Assembly: GCA_963674965.2 (NCBI GenBank)
Contig: CAXXFL010000001.1
Location: forward strand, 640,001-704,000
DNA from: a bacterium
GTDB taxonomy: Bacteria > RBG-13-61-14 > DATKZS01
DNA length: 64,000 nt
Direction: 5' to 3'
The translations under genes were made by a program, and so were the position numbers. Positions 21,711 through 32,160 of this stretch are shown here, piece after piece. The notes under the pieces were generated by a model. It was not told the origin of the DNA. It saw nothing but the letters and a program-made list of their open reading frames with translations, and did not search any database. How positions within the stretch are numbered: the stretch's first letter is position 1; each line of letters opens with the position of its first letter.

Positions 21711-23114
21711 TTACTTTGTTTGCCGGGGGACTCCTTTAATATTTTTTACGTCCTTCCAGGCCTCGGGAAGAGGCGGTGAGTCGGCGGGAGTGAGGTTCGC
21801 TCCGCCGGCGCCGGGCACGAAGATCGGAGAGCCGTGGCCGTTGCGTTCGGCTTCCTCAGCCAGTCTTACTATCTCCTGGTAAGTCTGCTTGCAGTCGTAA
21901 AAACCGTGCCACCAGGCGTAATCGGGCCCCATCATCATGGCGCCCATCCTGGCTCGCCGGCCCTCGTGGTGCCAGTACTCGTAGAACTTCCACTCGATTT
22001 CCTCGTCGAACACGGGCCACTTTGTCAATATTCCCTTTTCGTAAAGGTCGTCCATAATGGCCTTGGCGGGTTTATAATATTCCTCGTTATAGTGCTCGAT
22101 GGCCAGGTCGTAGCGGTCGAGATAGTTCCTGGCCCACCTCGGGGAATGGCACTGGGTGCAGGCCGCGATCATTTTCAGTCTGGCGCCCTGGGCCTCGTGG
22201 TCCTTGTTGAGCACGGAGAGGGGGGCCTGGGACTCCCACTTGAGCCTCTCGCCCACGTCGTGGGTGGTCGAGAGGGGCCCTATCCCCGACATGTGGCAGG
22301 CGGCGCAAGTGGGGGCCGTGAAGTCGGTGGCCGGCTCCCAGGCGTCGGGCGCGGCCTCGAAGTTCCACTCGTCGGCGCCGGCGAGGTATTTTTTCCCGTG
22401 TTTGGACTCGAAGTAAATCTCGTCCTGGGGATGGTCGGGACCGAGATGGCACTGGCCGCAGTTCTCCGGTTTCCTGGCCTCGGCTATATCGAAGCGGTGG
22501 GCCGTGTGACAAATGGCGCAGCTTCCGTTCTTGCCGTCGGGATTGAGTCTTCCGCATCCCACGTTTGGCCAGTTCTCGGGAGTGAGTGTACCCGAGGCAA
22601 GGTCCGAGCCGTGACAGGCCCAGCACCCGACGGCCCGCTCGATCTCGCTGGTCATGCCCCGCAAAAAGGGGTCCTTCAACTCGGCCGTCTGAATCTCGTA
22701 GGTCCGGGCGTGCTTGCTGGACAGGAACTGTTTGGACTCGCGGGGATGGCAACGGCCGCAGTCCCCCGGCGTCACCACCGGAGATATCTTGACGTCCGAG
22801 AGAGACGCCGTGCCCGGGCAGTCCATGGCGTCCTTGTCCGTCTTCTCGGCCCGGTGGCAGTCGACGCAGGTCACGTTCGACCTGGCCATCACGCTCCGCG
22901 ACCAGTCAAGGACCTGGCCGGGCGTATTCCTCGAGTGGCACTCGATGCAGGACTTCTCGAGCTGGGTCAGTCCCCTTTCCACGGCCAGGGTCTTGACCGG
23001 GGCCGCGGGAGCAAGGTCGCGGCCGCCCGGTTCGTCCGTCTGGGCCGAGATATAGTAAGAAGCGCCCATGGCCAGCGCCAGCGCCGCGGCCAGTATAGTC
23101 AAAGCCCTTTTCAT
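21711..23114 (-). CDS. Periplasmic octaheme cytochrome c, hydroxylamine oxidoreductase-like
   Basis: Signal peptide; 8 CxxCH motifs; GPDHPQDEIYFESKHG and GPDYAWWHG; ATG overlaps the upstream stop. Confidence 0.88.
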   Translation of the reverse strand: MKRALTILAAALALAMGASYYISAQTDEPGGRDLAPAAPVKTLAVERGLTQLEKSCIECHSRNTPGQVLDWSRSVMARSNVTCVDCHRAEKTDKDAMDCPGTASLSDVKISPVVTPGDCGRCHPRESKQFLSSKHARTYEIQTAELKDPFLRGMTSEIERAVGCWACHGSDLASGTLTPENWPNVGCGRLNPDGKNGSCAICHTAHRFDIAEARKPENCGQCHLGPDHPQDEIYFESKHGKKYLAGADEWNFEAAPDAWEPATDFTAPTCAACHMSGIGPLSTTHDVGERLKWESQAPLSVLNKDHEAQGARLKMIAACTQCHSPRWARNYLDRYDLAIEHYNEEYYKPAKAIMDDLYEKGILTKWPVFDEEIEWKFYEYWHHEGRRARMGAMMMGPDYAWWHGFYDCKQTYQEIVRLAEEAERNGHGSPIFVPGAGGANLTPADSPPLPEAWKDVKNIKGVPRQTK

Positions 23115-23695
23115 TTTGCATCCTCCTCGGTTTTGGCCGGCGTTCGCAAGGATATGAACTCCAGGAACCCGCCGTGGAACATTTGCCGATGGCACTCGAG
23201 ACAACCGGGGGCCTCGGCCATCCGCTGGAACTCGCGATGGGCCACTATCATCTTGATGGAGGCCCCTCCCGGCGTTAAGTTGGCGTGGCACCTCAGGCAG
23301 GACTCGTTCTTGACCTTGGACCTGGCCATGGCCTCGAGATGGGCCCAGTCCATTTTCTCCGGGTCCGACTCGCCCAGGAAATGAGCGTATACGTCCTTGG
23401 AACCGTCCCGCGTCTTGACCCAAAGGGTGTTTGCCAGGCCCGGCGGAACGTGGCAATCGGAGCAGTCCGCCCTTACCCCTTTATCGTTGGCGTAATGGGG
23501 GGACTTCATCCAGCCCTGCTCGGCCACTACCTTCATCTCGTGACATGACGAGCAGAACTCGCTGGTACCGGAAAAATGGACCGCCTCGAAGGATACCAGG
23601 ACAAAGGCCAGGCCGGCGAGAAAACCCATTCCCATGAACGCGGCCTGAGTGGTCCATAATTTTTCCAGAAGTGCTTTGGTTATAGCCGCCATCAT
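23111..23695 (-). CDS. NapC/NirT/NrfH-family membrane tetraheme cytochrome c
   Basis: N-terminal TM helix; FCSSCHEM, CSDCHVP, CLRCH, CLECH. Confidence 0.9.
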   Translation of the reverse strand: MMAAITKALLEKLWTTQAAFMGMGFLAGLAFVLVSFEAVHFSGTSEFCSSCHEMKVVAEQGWMKSPHYANDKGVRADCSDCHVPPGLANTLWVKTRDGSKDVYAHFLGESDPEKMDWAHLEAMARSKVKNESCLRCHANLTPGGASIKMIVAHREFQRMAEAPGCLECHRQMFHGGFLEFISLRTPAKTEEDAK

Positions 23696-24001
23696 GTTGC
23701 CCTTTTGTATAGCCCGCCAGGAAAAAGATTACAAGGCGTATAGCTCCCGCGCCAGGAAGGCTATCAGGTATCAGCATACCACAATAGGCGCGGACGGCAA
23801 ATAGTAAAGATTTCTGGGCGTATATATAGGGTCCATGGCCCTTTTGCCTGGTTTCTTTACCTGGGCTTCATCAGCGTATTTTTCGACGCGCCCCGAACAA
23901 ACCATTGCCTTCCGGGTTTCCATATTATAGAATCAAGACTTAAAGTACCGAACCGCTTTTTGCGCCCGTATTCCAAAGTTCGCGTCACCGGGGGAATTGC
24001 C

Positions 24002-25576
24002 ATGAGAAAATCTCGCTTTATCTTGCTCTTAGCCCTTTTGTCCTTGGCCATTTGTTTTTCCGGAAAGGCGTCTGGCCCGGGAGGCGAGATAATACCCGAT
24101 GATTATCCGGCCCTTTCCGACGATGAGATGGCCCAGCTTAGATGGATACTCGATATAGCGGACCAGCCTCTCGAGGACTTTTCCAACATGGACGCCCTCG
24201 ACCAGGAGGGAATGACCTCTTACAGGTATTGCCTGGCCTTCATGACCTACTTCATGGCCCTCGAGCAATACCACAAATTGCCGGCCGCGCCCGGAATCAT
24301 CCAGCCGAGGATGGACAGGTTCATCCAGAAGATGATCCAGAAGCCGGTATGGGAATTCTGGGCCGAGACGAGCAAGGGCCTTCCCACGCTCGAGCCGAAA
24401 ATGGACCGGCCCTATCCGGAGGACCGCGACCCGGTGCACAAGCGCAATATCATGTACTCGGGACACGTGGGCCATATGATCGGCCTTTACGAGACCCTCT
24501 ACCGCGACATGAAATGGGAGCAGCCCGGATCGATCACCTTCGAGTGGGACCCGGACGAGCGCTACGTCTACGATTACCACATGCTGAACCGGGTCATGAA
24601 CGACCAGATGCGGCACAACCCGGCCCACTGCGTCGAGTGCGAGCCCAACGCCTGTTTCCCCGAGTGCAACCAGCACCCCATCATGAGCTTCATGCTCTAC
24701 GATTCCTTGCACGGGTCCACCACCTTCGAGGCCGCCGGTTATTTCATGGACTTCTTCCTCGAGAAGGAAATGATCGATCCCCGCTCGCATGAGACGGCCA
24801 TGCTTTACCTCGTCAAGCAGGACTTGACCCTGTCCACTAAAAACCCCCACTATAAAAACGCCCTGGACCTCGTTATCACCCCCGCCGTCTCCCTCGGATT
24901 CGTCGGGCTCGACTCGGCCTCGGCCGACGGCTGGACCGGGACCTTCATGCACGTATGGCAGCCCGAGTACATCGAGCGCCATTACGAGTACCAGAAAAAG
25001 TACAGCCTGAGGGACGTCGAGGCGGACAAGGCCCGGCTGGCCATGACCGTATGGGAGCCCCAGCTCAAGTACGGATTCTTCGCCATGCTGGCGGCCGAGG
25101 TGGGAGACCTCGAGACCCGGGACAAGTTAATCAAGTTCGCCGACGAGAAATACAGGCCCCTCCGCGAAGGACCCTATCTATACTATCCGTTCAACCTCTC
25201 GAGGGGATGCACGGCCCTGACGGGAAAACTCCTCGCCTGCGCCCGGGCCATGGAAAAGGACTCCATGCGCAAGATGCACGTCTCGCCTTTTTCCGACGAG
25301 CACTTCCGGGGCCCGGCCCTCGACGACGTGGACTTTCCCCGGGTGGTCCTGAGAAGGGCCTTGTACGACGCCGAGAAAAAGGCGCTTATCCTGACGGCCG
25401 AGCCCGGGGAGAAATCGATAGGAGAGACCTCATTTGCCGCCGTCCGGCTCGATCCGGCCAAGACCTACCTTCTCAGCGTGGACGGCGCGCCCGACCGAGA
25501 AATTACAGGCGTCGATTCCGCCAATATCACCGTCCCCCTAAGCGGAAGGATAAACGTCATCCTGGCTGAAAAGTGA
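24002..25576 (+). CDS. Linalool dehydratase/isomerase-like secreted protein (paralog 1)
   Basis: Signal peptide; NIMYSGH and CEPNACFPECNQ match the LDI NIMYKGH / CEPDNYFVQCN motifs. Confidence 0.78.
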   Translation: MRKSRFILLLALLSLAICFSGKASGPGGEIIPDDYPALSDDEMAQLRWILDIADQPLEDFSNMDALDQEGMTSYRYCLAFMTYFMALEQYHKLPAAPGIIQPRMDRFIQKMIQKPVWEFWAETSKGLPTLEPKMDRPYPEDRDPVHKRNIMYSGHVGHMIGLYETLYRDMKWEQPGSITFEWDPDERYVYDYHMLNRVMNDQMRHNPAHCVECEPNACFPECNQHPIMSFMLYDSLHGSTTFEAAGYFMDFFLEKEMIDPRSHETAMLYLVKQDLTLSTKNPHYKNALDLVITPAVSLGFVGLDSASADGWTGTFMHVWQPEYIERHYEYQKKYSLRDVEADKARLAMTVWEPQLKYGFFAMLAAEVGDLETRDKLIKFADEKYRPLREGPYLYYPFNLSRGCTALTGKLLACARAMEKDSMRKMHVSPFSDEHFRGPALDDVDFPRVVLRRALYDAEKKALILTAEPGEKSIGETSFAAVRLDPAKTYLLSVDGAPDREITGVDSANITVPLSGRINVILAEK

Positions 25577-25693
25577 GGCGGGAAATTCTTTATACCATTT
25601 GAAATCGTCTCGTGGTATCATCGCTCGCGTAAGCCGCCGTCTCCGCGAGGGAGGCTGATAATGCCTTGGTTTAGCTTTTAATGGAGGCTTTCG

Positions 25694-27298
25694 ATGAGGA
25701 ACAAGACCCGTTTTATCTTGTCGGTTGTTTTAATAATTCCCATGGCCGCCGCCTTTTTTCTCGGCTCGGGACCGGCCAACTCGGGAGGCCCCGCGTCTCC
25801 CGGCGGCATCGATCTTTCATCTTATCCGGAGATAGGCGACGAGGAGATGGGCCAGCTTCTGTGGGCCTTGAAGATAGCGGACCAGCCCCTGGACGACTTC
25901 TCGAACATGGAGGCCATGAACCAGGAGGGCATGACCGCATATCGCTACTTCATCGCCTTCTCGACCTACTTTCTGGCCACCGAGCAGTATCACAAGCTGC
26001 CGGCCTGCTCCGAGATCATCCAGCCCCGGATTGACGGGTTTATCCAGAAGATGATCCAGAAGCCGGTATGGGAGTTCTGGGCTGAGGTCAGCAAGGGAGT
26101 TCGCAACCTCGAGCCCTATTTAAACAAGCCCTATCCTTCGAATCGGGATCCCGTGATCAAGGAAAACATCATGTACTCGGGACACGTGGGGCATATGATC
26201 GGACTTTACGAGACGCTCTACCGTGACATGAAGTGGGACGAGCCCGGCTCGATCGTTTTCAAATGGGACGAGAACGAAAAGTACGTATACGACAACCATT
26301 CGCTTCAGAAGGTGATGTACGACCAGATGAAGTACAGTAAGGACCACTGCGTTCCCTGCGAGCCCAATGCCTGTTTCCCCGAGTGCAACCAGCACCCGGT
26401 GCTTTCCTTTATCCTTTACGACCACGCCCACGGCGCCAGCCTCTCCGAGGTCAAGGAGGATTTCCTCGACTTTTTCCTGAAGAATAATATGATCGATCCC
26501 CGGAACCACGAGACGGCCGCCCTGTTTCTCGTCAAGCAGGAGATAACCCTGCGCCAGAACGACCCGCGCTTCGGAAACCTTATCGACGTTCTTACCGTCC
26601 CGGCGGTCAAGCTCCGTCTTCTCAGCCTGACCTCGGCCTCGGCCAACGGATGGACCGGCTCCATGATGCACGCCTGGCAGCCCGAATACATCGAGCGCCA
26701 TTACCCCTTCCAAAAGGAGCACCATTACAAGATCATGCAGGACGGGGAGGCCGAACTGAAGCGGGACTTTTTCGAGCCCCGGCTCTATTACGGCTTCTTC
26801 TCCATTTTAGCGAGCGAGGTTGGCGACCTCGAGGTTCGGGACACGCTGATAAAAAAGGCCGACGAAATGTACGGCCCCTCCTGGAACGGCGGCTATTTCT
26901 CCTATCCTTTCGACCGGGACATAAAATGCGTTCCTCTTACGGGGCAGCTGTTGGCCCTGGCGCGGGCCAACCCCAAGTACGGACTGTGGAAGATGCACAA
27001 TGAGCCCTTCTCGGACGAGCACTTCAATAGCCCCAAGGTCACGGGACTTCACTTCCCGGCGGTCCTTTTAAAAAGGGCCATATACGATCCCGAGAAAAAG
27101 GCCCTCATCATTACTGCGACGCCAGGAGAGCAAAAGAGCGGCAAGACCACGTTTTCCATCGATAACCTGAATCCGAAATCGAGCTACGCCCTTTACGTGG
27201 ACGACGGACCGGCCATGGAGTACAGCGGCGATCGAAGCGTAATCGTTACCATAGACATTGGCGAGCGCCGGGACATAGTGCTTATCGAGAAAGGATAA
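25694..27298 (+). CDS. Linalool dehydratase/isomerase-like secreted protein (paralog 2)
   Basis: ENIMYSGH, CEPNACFPECNQ; colinear with paralog 1. Confidence 0.78.
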   Translation: MRNKTRFILSVVLIIPMAAAFFLGSGPANSGGPASPGGIDLSSYPEIGDEEMGQLLWALKIADQPLDDFSNMEAMNQEGMTAYRYFIAFSTYFLATEQYHKLPACSEIIQPRIDGFIQKMIQKPVWEFWAEVSKGVRNLEPYLNKPYPSNRDPVIKENIMYSGHVGHMIGLYETLYRDMKWDEPGSIVFKWDENEKYVYDNHSLQKVMYDQMKYSKDHCVPCEPNACFPECNQHPVLSFILYDHAHGASLSEVKEDFLDFFLKNNMIDPRNHETAALFLVKQEITLRQNDPRFGNLIDVLTVPAVKLRLLSLTSASANGWTGSMMHAWQPEYIERHYPFQKEHHYKIMQDGEAELKRDFFEPRLYYGFFSILASEVGDLEVRDTLIKKADEMYGPSWNGGYFSYPFDRDIKCVPLTGQLLALARANPKYGLWKMHNEPFSDEHFNSPKVTGLHFPAVLLKRAIYDPEKKALIITATPGEQKSGKTTFSIDNLNPKSSYALYVDDGPAMEYSGDRSVIVTIDIGERRDIVLIEKG

Positions 27299-27303
27299 AC
27301 GCC

Positions 27304-27765
27304 ATGCCCGTCTATCTTGTCCAGCACGGAAAGGCCCTGGCCAAGGACATCGACCCCGACCAGGGTCTGAGCGAGGAGGGGGCAAGGCAGGTCAAGGCCG
27401 TGGCGGATATAGCTCTTCTCCGCGGACTTGCCGTCGCCAGGATCGAGCACAGCCCCAAGACAAGGGCCAGGTCAACCGCGGAAATACTGGCCTCGGTCCT
27501 GAAACCAAGGGAAGGCGCGCACCAGAGGGAGGGACTGAAACCCATGGACGACGTCGAGGCCCTGGCGAGCGGACTGAATTCCGCCTCGGGCCTCATGTTG
27601 GTCGGCCATCTGCCCTTCCTGGAAAAGCTGGCTTCACTTCTGATTACGGGATCGAGCGACGCCAAGACGATCAAGTTCCAAAACGGTGGCATCGTATGCC
27701 TGGACAAGGAAGTGGGAAAAGATCGCTGGCATATTAAGTGGGCGATTACCCCCGATCTCACCTGA
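27304..27765 (+). CDS. sixA: Phosphohistidine phosphatase SixA
   Basis: YLVQHG, HSPKTRARSTAE, MLVGHLP. Confidence 0.85.
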   Translation: MPVYLVQHGKALAKDIDPDQGLSEEGARQVKAVADIALLRGLAVARIEHSPKTRARSTAEILASVLKPREGAHQREGLKPMDDVEALASGLNSASGLMLVGHLPFLEKLASLLITGSSDAKTIKFQNGGIVCLDKEVGKDRWHIKWAITPDLT

Positions 27766-27848
27766 CGCTTTCGCCGCCCGGCCTGGGCCGCCGCGGCTTC
27801 ATTCCTGACTTTGTTGAAGCAAGCGGCCTTTTTGACTAGCCTATTCGT

Positions 27849-29066
27849 ATGAAACCTTTTCAGCTTCTGGTCAAACCCGCCGCGGGCGACTGCAACCTCG
27901 CCTGCGAATACTGTTTTTACCGGCGGACCATGCCGGAGGTATATCCTGAGGCGAGGCGTCCGCGCATGGACCTGGAGACAATGGAGATAGTGGTAAGGGA
28001 CCTTCTTTCCTACCGCTTTCCGGAGACGGTCTTTTGCTGGCAAGGCGGCGAGCCGACCCTCATGGGCCTGGACTTCTTCGAGAAGGTCGTGAAGACCCAG
28101 ATGGAAAACGGCAAAGGCGGCCAGGTAGTGGGAAACGCCTTCCAGACCAACGGCGTACTTATCGACGGCGACTGGGCGGACTTTCTCGCCAGGTACAGGT
28201 TCGTGGTGGGACTCTCGCTTGACGGCCCTCGCGATGTTCACGACCATTATCGAAAAAACCTCGCCGGGGCCGGCACTTTCGACAAGGTCATGGACGCGGC
28301 CGAGCTTATGCGCTCGCGCGGAGTGGCCTTCAATATCCTTTCCGTGGTAAACCGCGTTAACCAGGACCAGGGACGGAAGGTCTACAGGTTCCTCCGGTCC
28401 CAGGGCTTCGATTTTATCCAGTTCATTCCCTGCCTCGAGACCGACCCGGACACGGGCGAGGTTACCGAGTTTTCGGCCACGCCCGGCGGGCTCGGGCGTT
28501 TCTTCGAGGAGATTTTTGACGAGTATAAAAGGGACGGTTTCCCCCGCGTGTCGGAAAGGAACCTGGACGCCCTTATGAACCTTCACATTTGCGGACGGCC
28601 TCAGATGTGTACTTTCGACCAGCAATGCGGCGGCTACCTGGTCATCGAGCACAACGGCGACGTCTATCCGTGCGATTTTTTCGTCGAGTCGCGCTACCGG
28701 CTGGGAAACGCTCGCAAGCGCAAACTGGCCGAGTTCTTCGATCATCCGGTGATGAAGAAGTTCGCCGCCGGCAAAAAAAAGGTTCCTCCCGATTGCGGCG
28801 CCTGCCCATGGTTTTCCTGGTGCGTGGGCGGTTGCCAGAAAGACCGGCTGCCGGACCGGGCCGAGGGGGTTGGCAGGACGTATTTTTGCGAGTCATATAA
28901 GAGACTTTTCGACTCGACCTATAAAGACATGGAGAAATGGACGGCCCCCCTCAAGGAGGAGGCCGAGCGACAAGCACCGCCCCGAACCTCCGGAAAAATC
29001 GGACGAAACGATCCCTGTCCGTGCGGAAGCGGAAAAAAATACAAGAAATGCTGCGGCGCCGGATGA
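27849..29066 (+). CDS. Anaerobic sulfatase-maturating radical SAM/SPASM enzyme with C-terminal SEC-C motif
   Basis: [35 protein letters not shown] cysteines, [18 protein letters not shown]. Confidence 0.9.
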   Translation: MKPFQLLVKPAAGDCNLACEYCFYRRTMPEVYPEARRPRMDLETMEIVVRDLLSYRFPETVFCWQGGEPTLMGLDFFEKVVKTQMENGKGGQVVGNAFQTNGVLIDGDWADFLARYRFVVGLSLDGPRDVHDHYRKNLAGAGTFDKVMDAAELMRSRGVAFNILSVVNRVNQDQGRKVYRFLRSQGFDFIQFIPCLETDPDTGEVTEFSATPGGLGRFFEEIFDEYKRDGFPRVSERNLDALMNLHICGRPQMCTFDQQCGGYLVIEHNGDVYPCDFFVESRYRLGNARKRKLAEFFDHPVMKKFAAGKKKVPPDCGACPWFSWCVGGCQKDRLPDRAEGVGRTYFCESYKRLFDSTYKDMEKWTAPLKEEAERQAPPRTSGKIGRNDPCPCGSGKKYKKCCGAG

Positions 29067-29098
29067 GAGCCTTTCCCGCGCCGCCCAAGGAGTCAATA

Positions 29099-30361
29099 AT
29101 GAAAAGAAACGCCTTAGCCTCACTGGTCCTGGCCTTGGTTATGCTCGCCATAACCTCGGGCGCTTTCGCCGCGCCTCTTCGGGCCGGGGCCGGCAAGGTC
29201 GAGATATCTTTAGGACCCGGCATGGCCCTGGCCGGATACGGCACGCGAATTAACAAGCCCCATCAGGGCGTGCACGACCCCGTGTTCGCCAGGGCCGTCA
29301 TCTTCGAGTCCGGCGGCAAAAGGGCGGCCGTGGTCAGCGCCGATATCCTGCTCGTGACCCGCGAGCTTCATGAGGAGGTCGCCCAGCGGGTGGCCGATCT
29401 CCATCTGGACCTTCTCGCCATCTGCGCCACCCATACCCATTACAGCGTTGGCTCGTACGTGGACAACCGCCTGGCCGAGATCGCCGTCATGGGTAAATAC
29501 GATCCCCAAGCCTTCGAGCTGGTTGCCTCCGCCATAACCCAGGCGCTGGAAGAGGCCGCATCGAGCGAGAGGCCGGCCCGGGCTGGAGGGGCCTGGGCCC
29601 CCGCGCCCGGCGTCGCGTATAACAGAAGACACAAGGGCGGGCCCACCGACCCGAGGGTCAGGGTGCTGGGCGTGTTCGACGAGGAGGGAGAGCTGCTGGC
29701 GCTTTTCGTGAACCACGCCGTCCATCCCACCTCCATGCCCGACCAGACCAGAATGGTGTCGGGAGACATGGTCGGAAGCGCCATGGCCGCCATCGAGGAA
29801 AAATTCCCCGGCGCCGTCGCCCTTTTCCTCAACGCCGGGGAGGGAGACCAGGCCCCCGACTCGAGCTGGCAAAAGGCAAGCTGGGACAACGTTGACAAGC
29901 TGGGACTGGCCATGGCCGAGAGCGCATTTTCAGCCTTCAAAGAAATAAGGCACGAGCAAGATATCGAGATAACCCTTTATAAAAAGGAGTTCGACATGCC
30001 TGAGGTGCAGCCTCGACGTTGGCCGCCATGTTTTCTGGGACTGAACGCCCTCTTCCCCTACCTGGGCAAGGGCATGATCAGGGAAAAGGGAGAGATCATG
30101 GCCATCAAGATCGGCGATACGGCCATGGTGTTCTCGCCAGCCGAGATAAGCTACGAGATTCAGCATGATATCGAAATGATGCTTCCCGACTCGAACGTTC
30201 TGGTCACGGCCCAGGCCAACGACTATTACGGGTACGTGGTCACGCCCAAGGATTACAGGTCCGGCGGCTACGAGACCTGCATGAGCTTTTACGGACCGGA
30301 TTTCGGAGATTACCTGACCGGGCAATACGAGATTATGCTTAAAGATAATCCGGCAAAATAA
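29099..30361 (+). CDS. Neutral/alkaline ceramidase-family secreted hydrolase
   Basis: Signal peptide; GVHDPVFARA, ATHTH, HAVHPT, ANDYYGY, GGYET. Confidence 0.8.
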   Translation: MKRNALASLVLALVMLAITSGAFAAPLRAGAGKVEISLGPGMALAGYGTRINKPHQGVHDPVFARAVIFESGGKRAAVVSADILLVTRELHEEVAQRVADLHLDLLAICATHTHYSVGSYVDNRLAEIAVMGKYDPQAFELVASAITQALEEAASSERPARAGGAWAPAPGVAYNRRHKGGPTDPRVRVLGVFDEEGELLALFVNHAVHPTSMPDQTRMVSGDMVGSAMAAIEEKFPGAVALFLNAGEGDQAPDSSWQKASWDNVDKLGLAMAESAFSAFKEIRHEQDIEITLYKKEFDMPEVQPRRWPPCFLGLNALFPYLGKGMIREKGEIMAIKIGDTAMVFSPAEISYEIQHDIEMMLPDSNVLVTAQANDYYGYVVTPKDYRSGGYETCMSFYGPDFGDYLTGQYEIMLKDNPAK

Positions 30362-30560
30362 TTTTCGCTTGAATAAAAAAGGTGGAAGGGCGTCTAAGGA
30401 CTGGCCAAAAACGCTAAGGCGGGAATTTTCCCTCCCTTTTAAGGAAGATAAAATTTCCGGAAAAAGTCTTTGCGCGGCTCCCACTTATGAGGGAAACCGT
30501 TTGCGGCAAAAGCCGGTATGCCCGGCTTTTACCAGGTTAACGAGAATAACCTGATATCGA

Positions 30561-30767
30561 TCAAGCGGCGGCCTCGCCTTTTAACTGAGCCGGATAATTG
30601 AAGTAAATCGTCCTGCCCTGCCGCTTCAGCGTGTCGCCCAGCATTATCATCACGAGAGCATTCTTGGCCGCGTCAGAAAGTGGAAGCCCCTGAACCTCTC
30701 CGAAAAGAGATTCTATCAGGTCGCCTATTGTTGTCACCGCTTCTCGATTCTGATCGTAGCTTTCCAT
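30561..30767 (-). CDS. Small hypothetical protein
   Basis: GAGGAGG RBS 9 nt before ATG 30767; preceded by a sigma54 promoter. Confidence 0.6.
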   Translation of the reverse strand: MESYDQNREAVTTIGDLIESLFGEVQGLPLSDAAKNALVMIMLGDTLKRQGRTIYFNYPAQLKGEAAA

Positions 30768-30797
30768 GACCATGTCCTCCTCTATGACCACATTACA

Positions 30798-30813
30798 AGC
30801 AAGCCGCGTGCCA
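30798..30813 (-). promoter_or_regulatory. Sigma54 (-24/-12) promoter
   Basis: TGGCACGCGGCTTGCT on the minus strand matches TGGCAC-N5-TTGC. Confidence 0.8.
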
Positions 30814-31143
30814 GAATCGGATAATAAGTTAAAAAATTAAATTGTCCTATGCTTTCAGGCTATAATAACCTGGCCGTGAATCAATGTTCACGATTTGGAA
30901 AACAAATGATAGTAGAATTTACCGGAATCGGCTAACAAAAATTGCACTACAGCGCATTTTGTCATTGCCTTTTGCCGCCAAAGGGCCAATATGCCGCATC
31001 TTTTGCCAATGGAGATCGGATTCATTAAAATGGAATAAAATATTTCAATATTTGCCGATTTCGAGAAATTAATTCCCGTAAATGACACTGAAAACAAAAA
31101 ATCATGGGGATCCCCATGTCATCTGATCTTCCGGCTGATCTGA

Positions 31144-31638
31144 TCAATGGGCCGTATCGAGGAGGTTGTGGCCGGGGCCGAAGCTGCCGTCGTCGTTCTG
31201 GAGGGTGAAGAGATAGTCCCTGGCGCCCGGGGCAGGCCGGCCCGAGCGGGAAAGGGCCAGGAGGGAGAGGGCCGTCACCCGGATGGAGCCGTAGGAGCCG
31301 TCGGGGAGCTGGAAAGAAAGGAGGTGGGCGGCATTAGTCGGTTCGGGCGCGGCAAGGAGGCGAAAGGAAGCCTCCTCAGCGTTGGCGGGCGAAATCGAGG
31401 CAAGGGAAGAGACGGCGTCCGTGACGTCGTGCCCATGGGCGCCGAGGGCGGCCGCGGCCAGCCCCGACCTCCGCGCGTCCACCACCGCCCCGAACCCGCC
31501 GTTCGGACCCGCCGCGCCCCGAAGCCACTCAATCCCAGCGGTAACCGCCGGGTCCTCCTCGGCCAGGCCCGGGAAAATCGGGAGCAAGATTAGCGCCTCG
31601 CAAGTGATCAAAAGCCATAATAACGATTTCAGTTTCAT
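31144..31638 (-). pseudogene. 3'-truncated secreted protein with prenyltransferase/squalene-cyclase-type repeats (copy 1)
   Basis: Signal peptide; PNGGFG, QLPDGSYG, QNDDGSFG repeats; ends abruptly at the island edge. Confidence 0.65.
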
Positions 31639-31666
31639 TCTTCAGCCCCTAATGTTTTTGCTCTAA
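31286..31666 (-). repeat. 381-bp dispersed repeat, inverted relative to 51261-51641
   Basis: Runs from TTAGAGCAAAAACATTAGGGGCT to GACGGCTCCTACGGCTC; same length as the other copy; 7 amino-acid differences in about 118 codons. Confidence 0.93.
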
Positions 31667-32160
31667 TTATTCTTTACTTTTTTTATTGCGTATATCATAT
31701 TTACAAGAAATATAATTCCAAGGAAATAACTTACTATTAATACGATGTTTTCATTAATGCCTATTTTACTTGTATAAATAGCTTTTGGGTTAATTTCACG
31801 TAATGTATTTATTGATGCTACAGGTGGATAATAATAAAACGTAAATAGCATTGTTGTATATAGCACGATATGACTCATGGTCATAAATAGCATTGTGTGA
31901 AATATTTTTTTTGAATATGAGTAATGTAAAATAAATATGCTAGTCCAGCAAAGAAGCATAGAATGAATCAGAAATGATATTGGAGAATAATTGCTATTCG
32001 CGATTAATATAAGAAATATATGTTGTAAATAATATGATGGTATCCATTCCTTCTCAGAAATAATTTGTATAGCTATCGATTGGAATACTTCAAAAGACAT
32101 TTTTAAAATGAACATATTATAAATACTGATAATTATAATGTTTGATATTATCTTTCTCAT
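31663..32160 (-). CDS. AT-rich multi-pass membrane protein; putative immunity partner
   Basis: AGGAG RBS; several hydrophobic segments; starts about 35 bp after the reconstructed toxin stop. Confidence 0.65.
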   Translation of the reverse strand: MRKIISNIIIISIYNMFILKMSFEVFQSIAIQIISEKEWIPSYYLQHIFLILIANSNYSPISFLIHSMLLCWTSIFILHYSYSKKIFHTMLFMTMSHIVLYTTMLFTFYYYPPVASINTLREINPKAIYTSKIGINENIVLIVSYFLGIIFLVNMIYAIKKVKNN

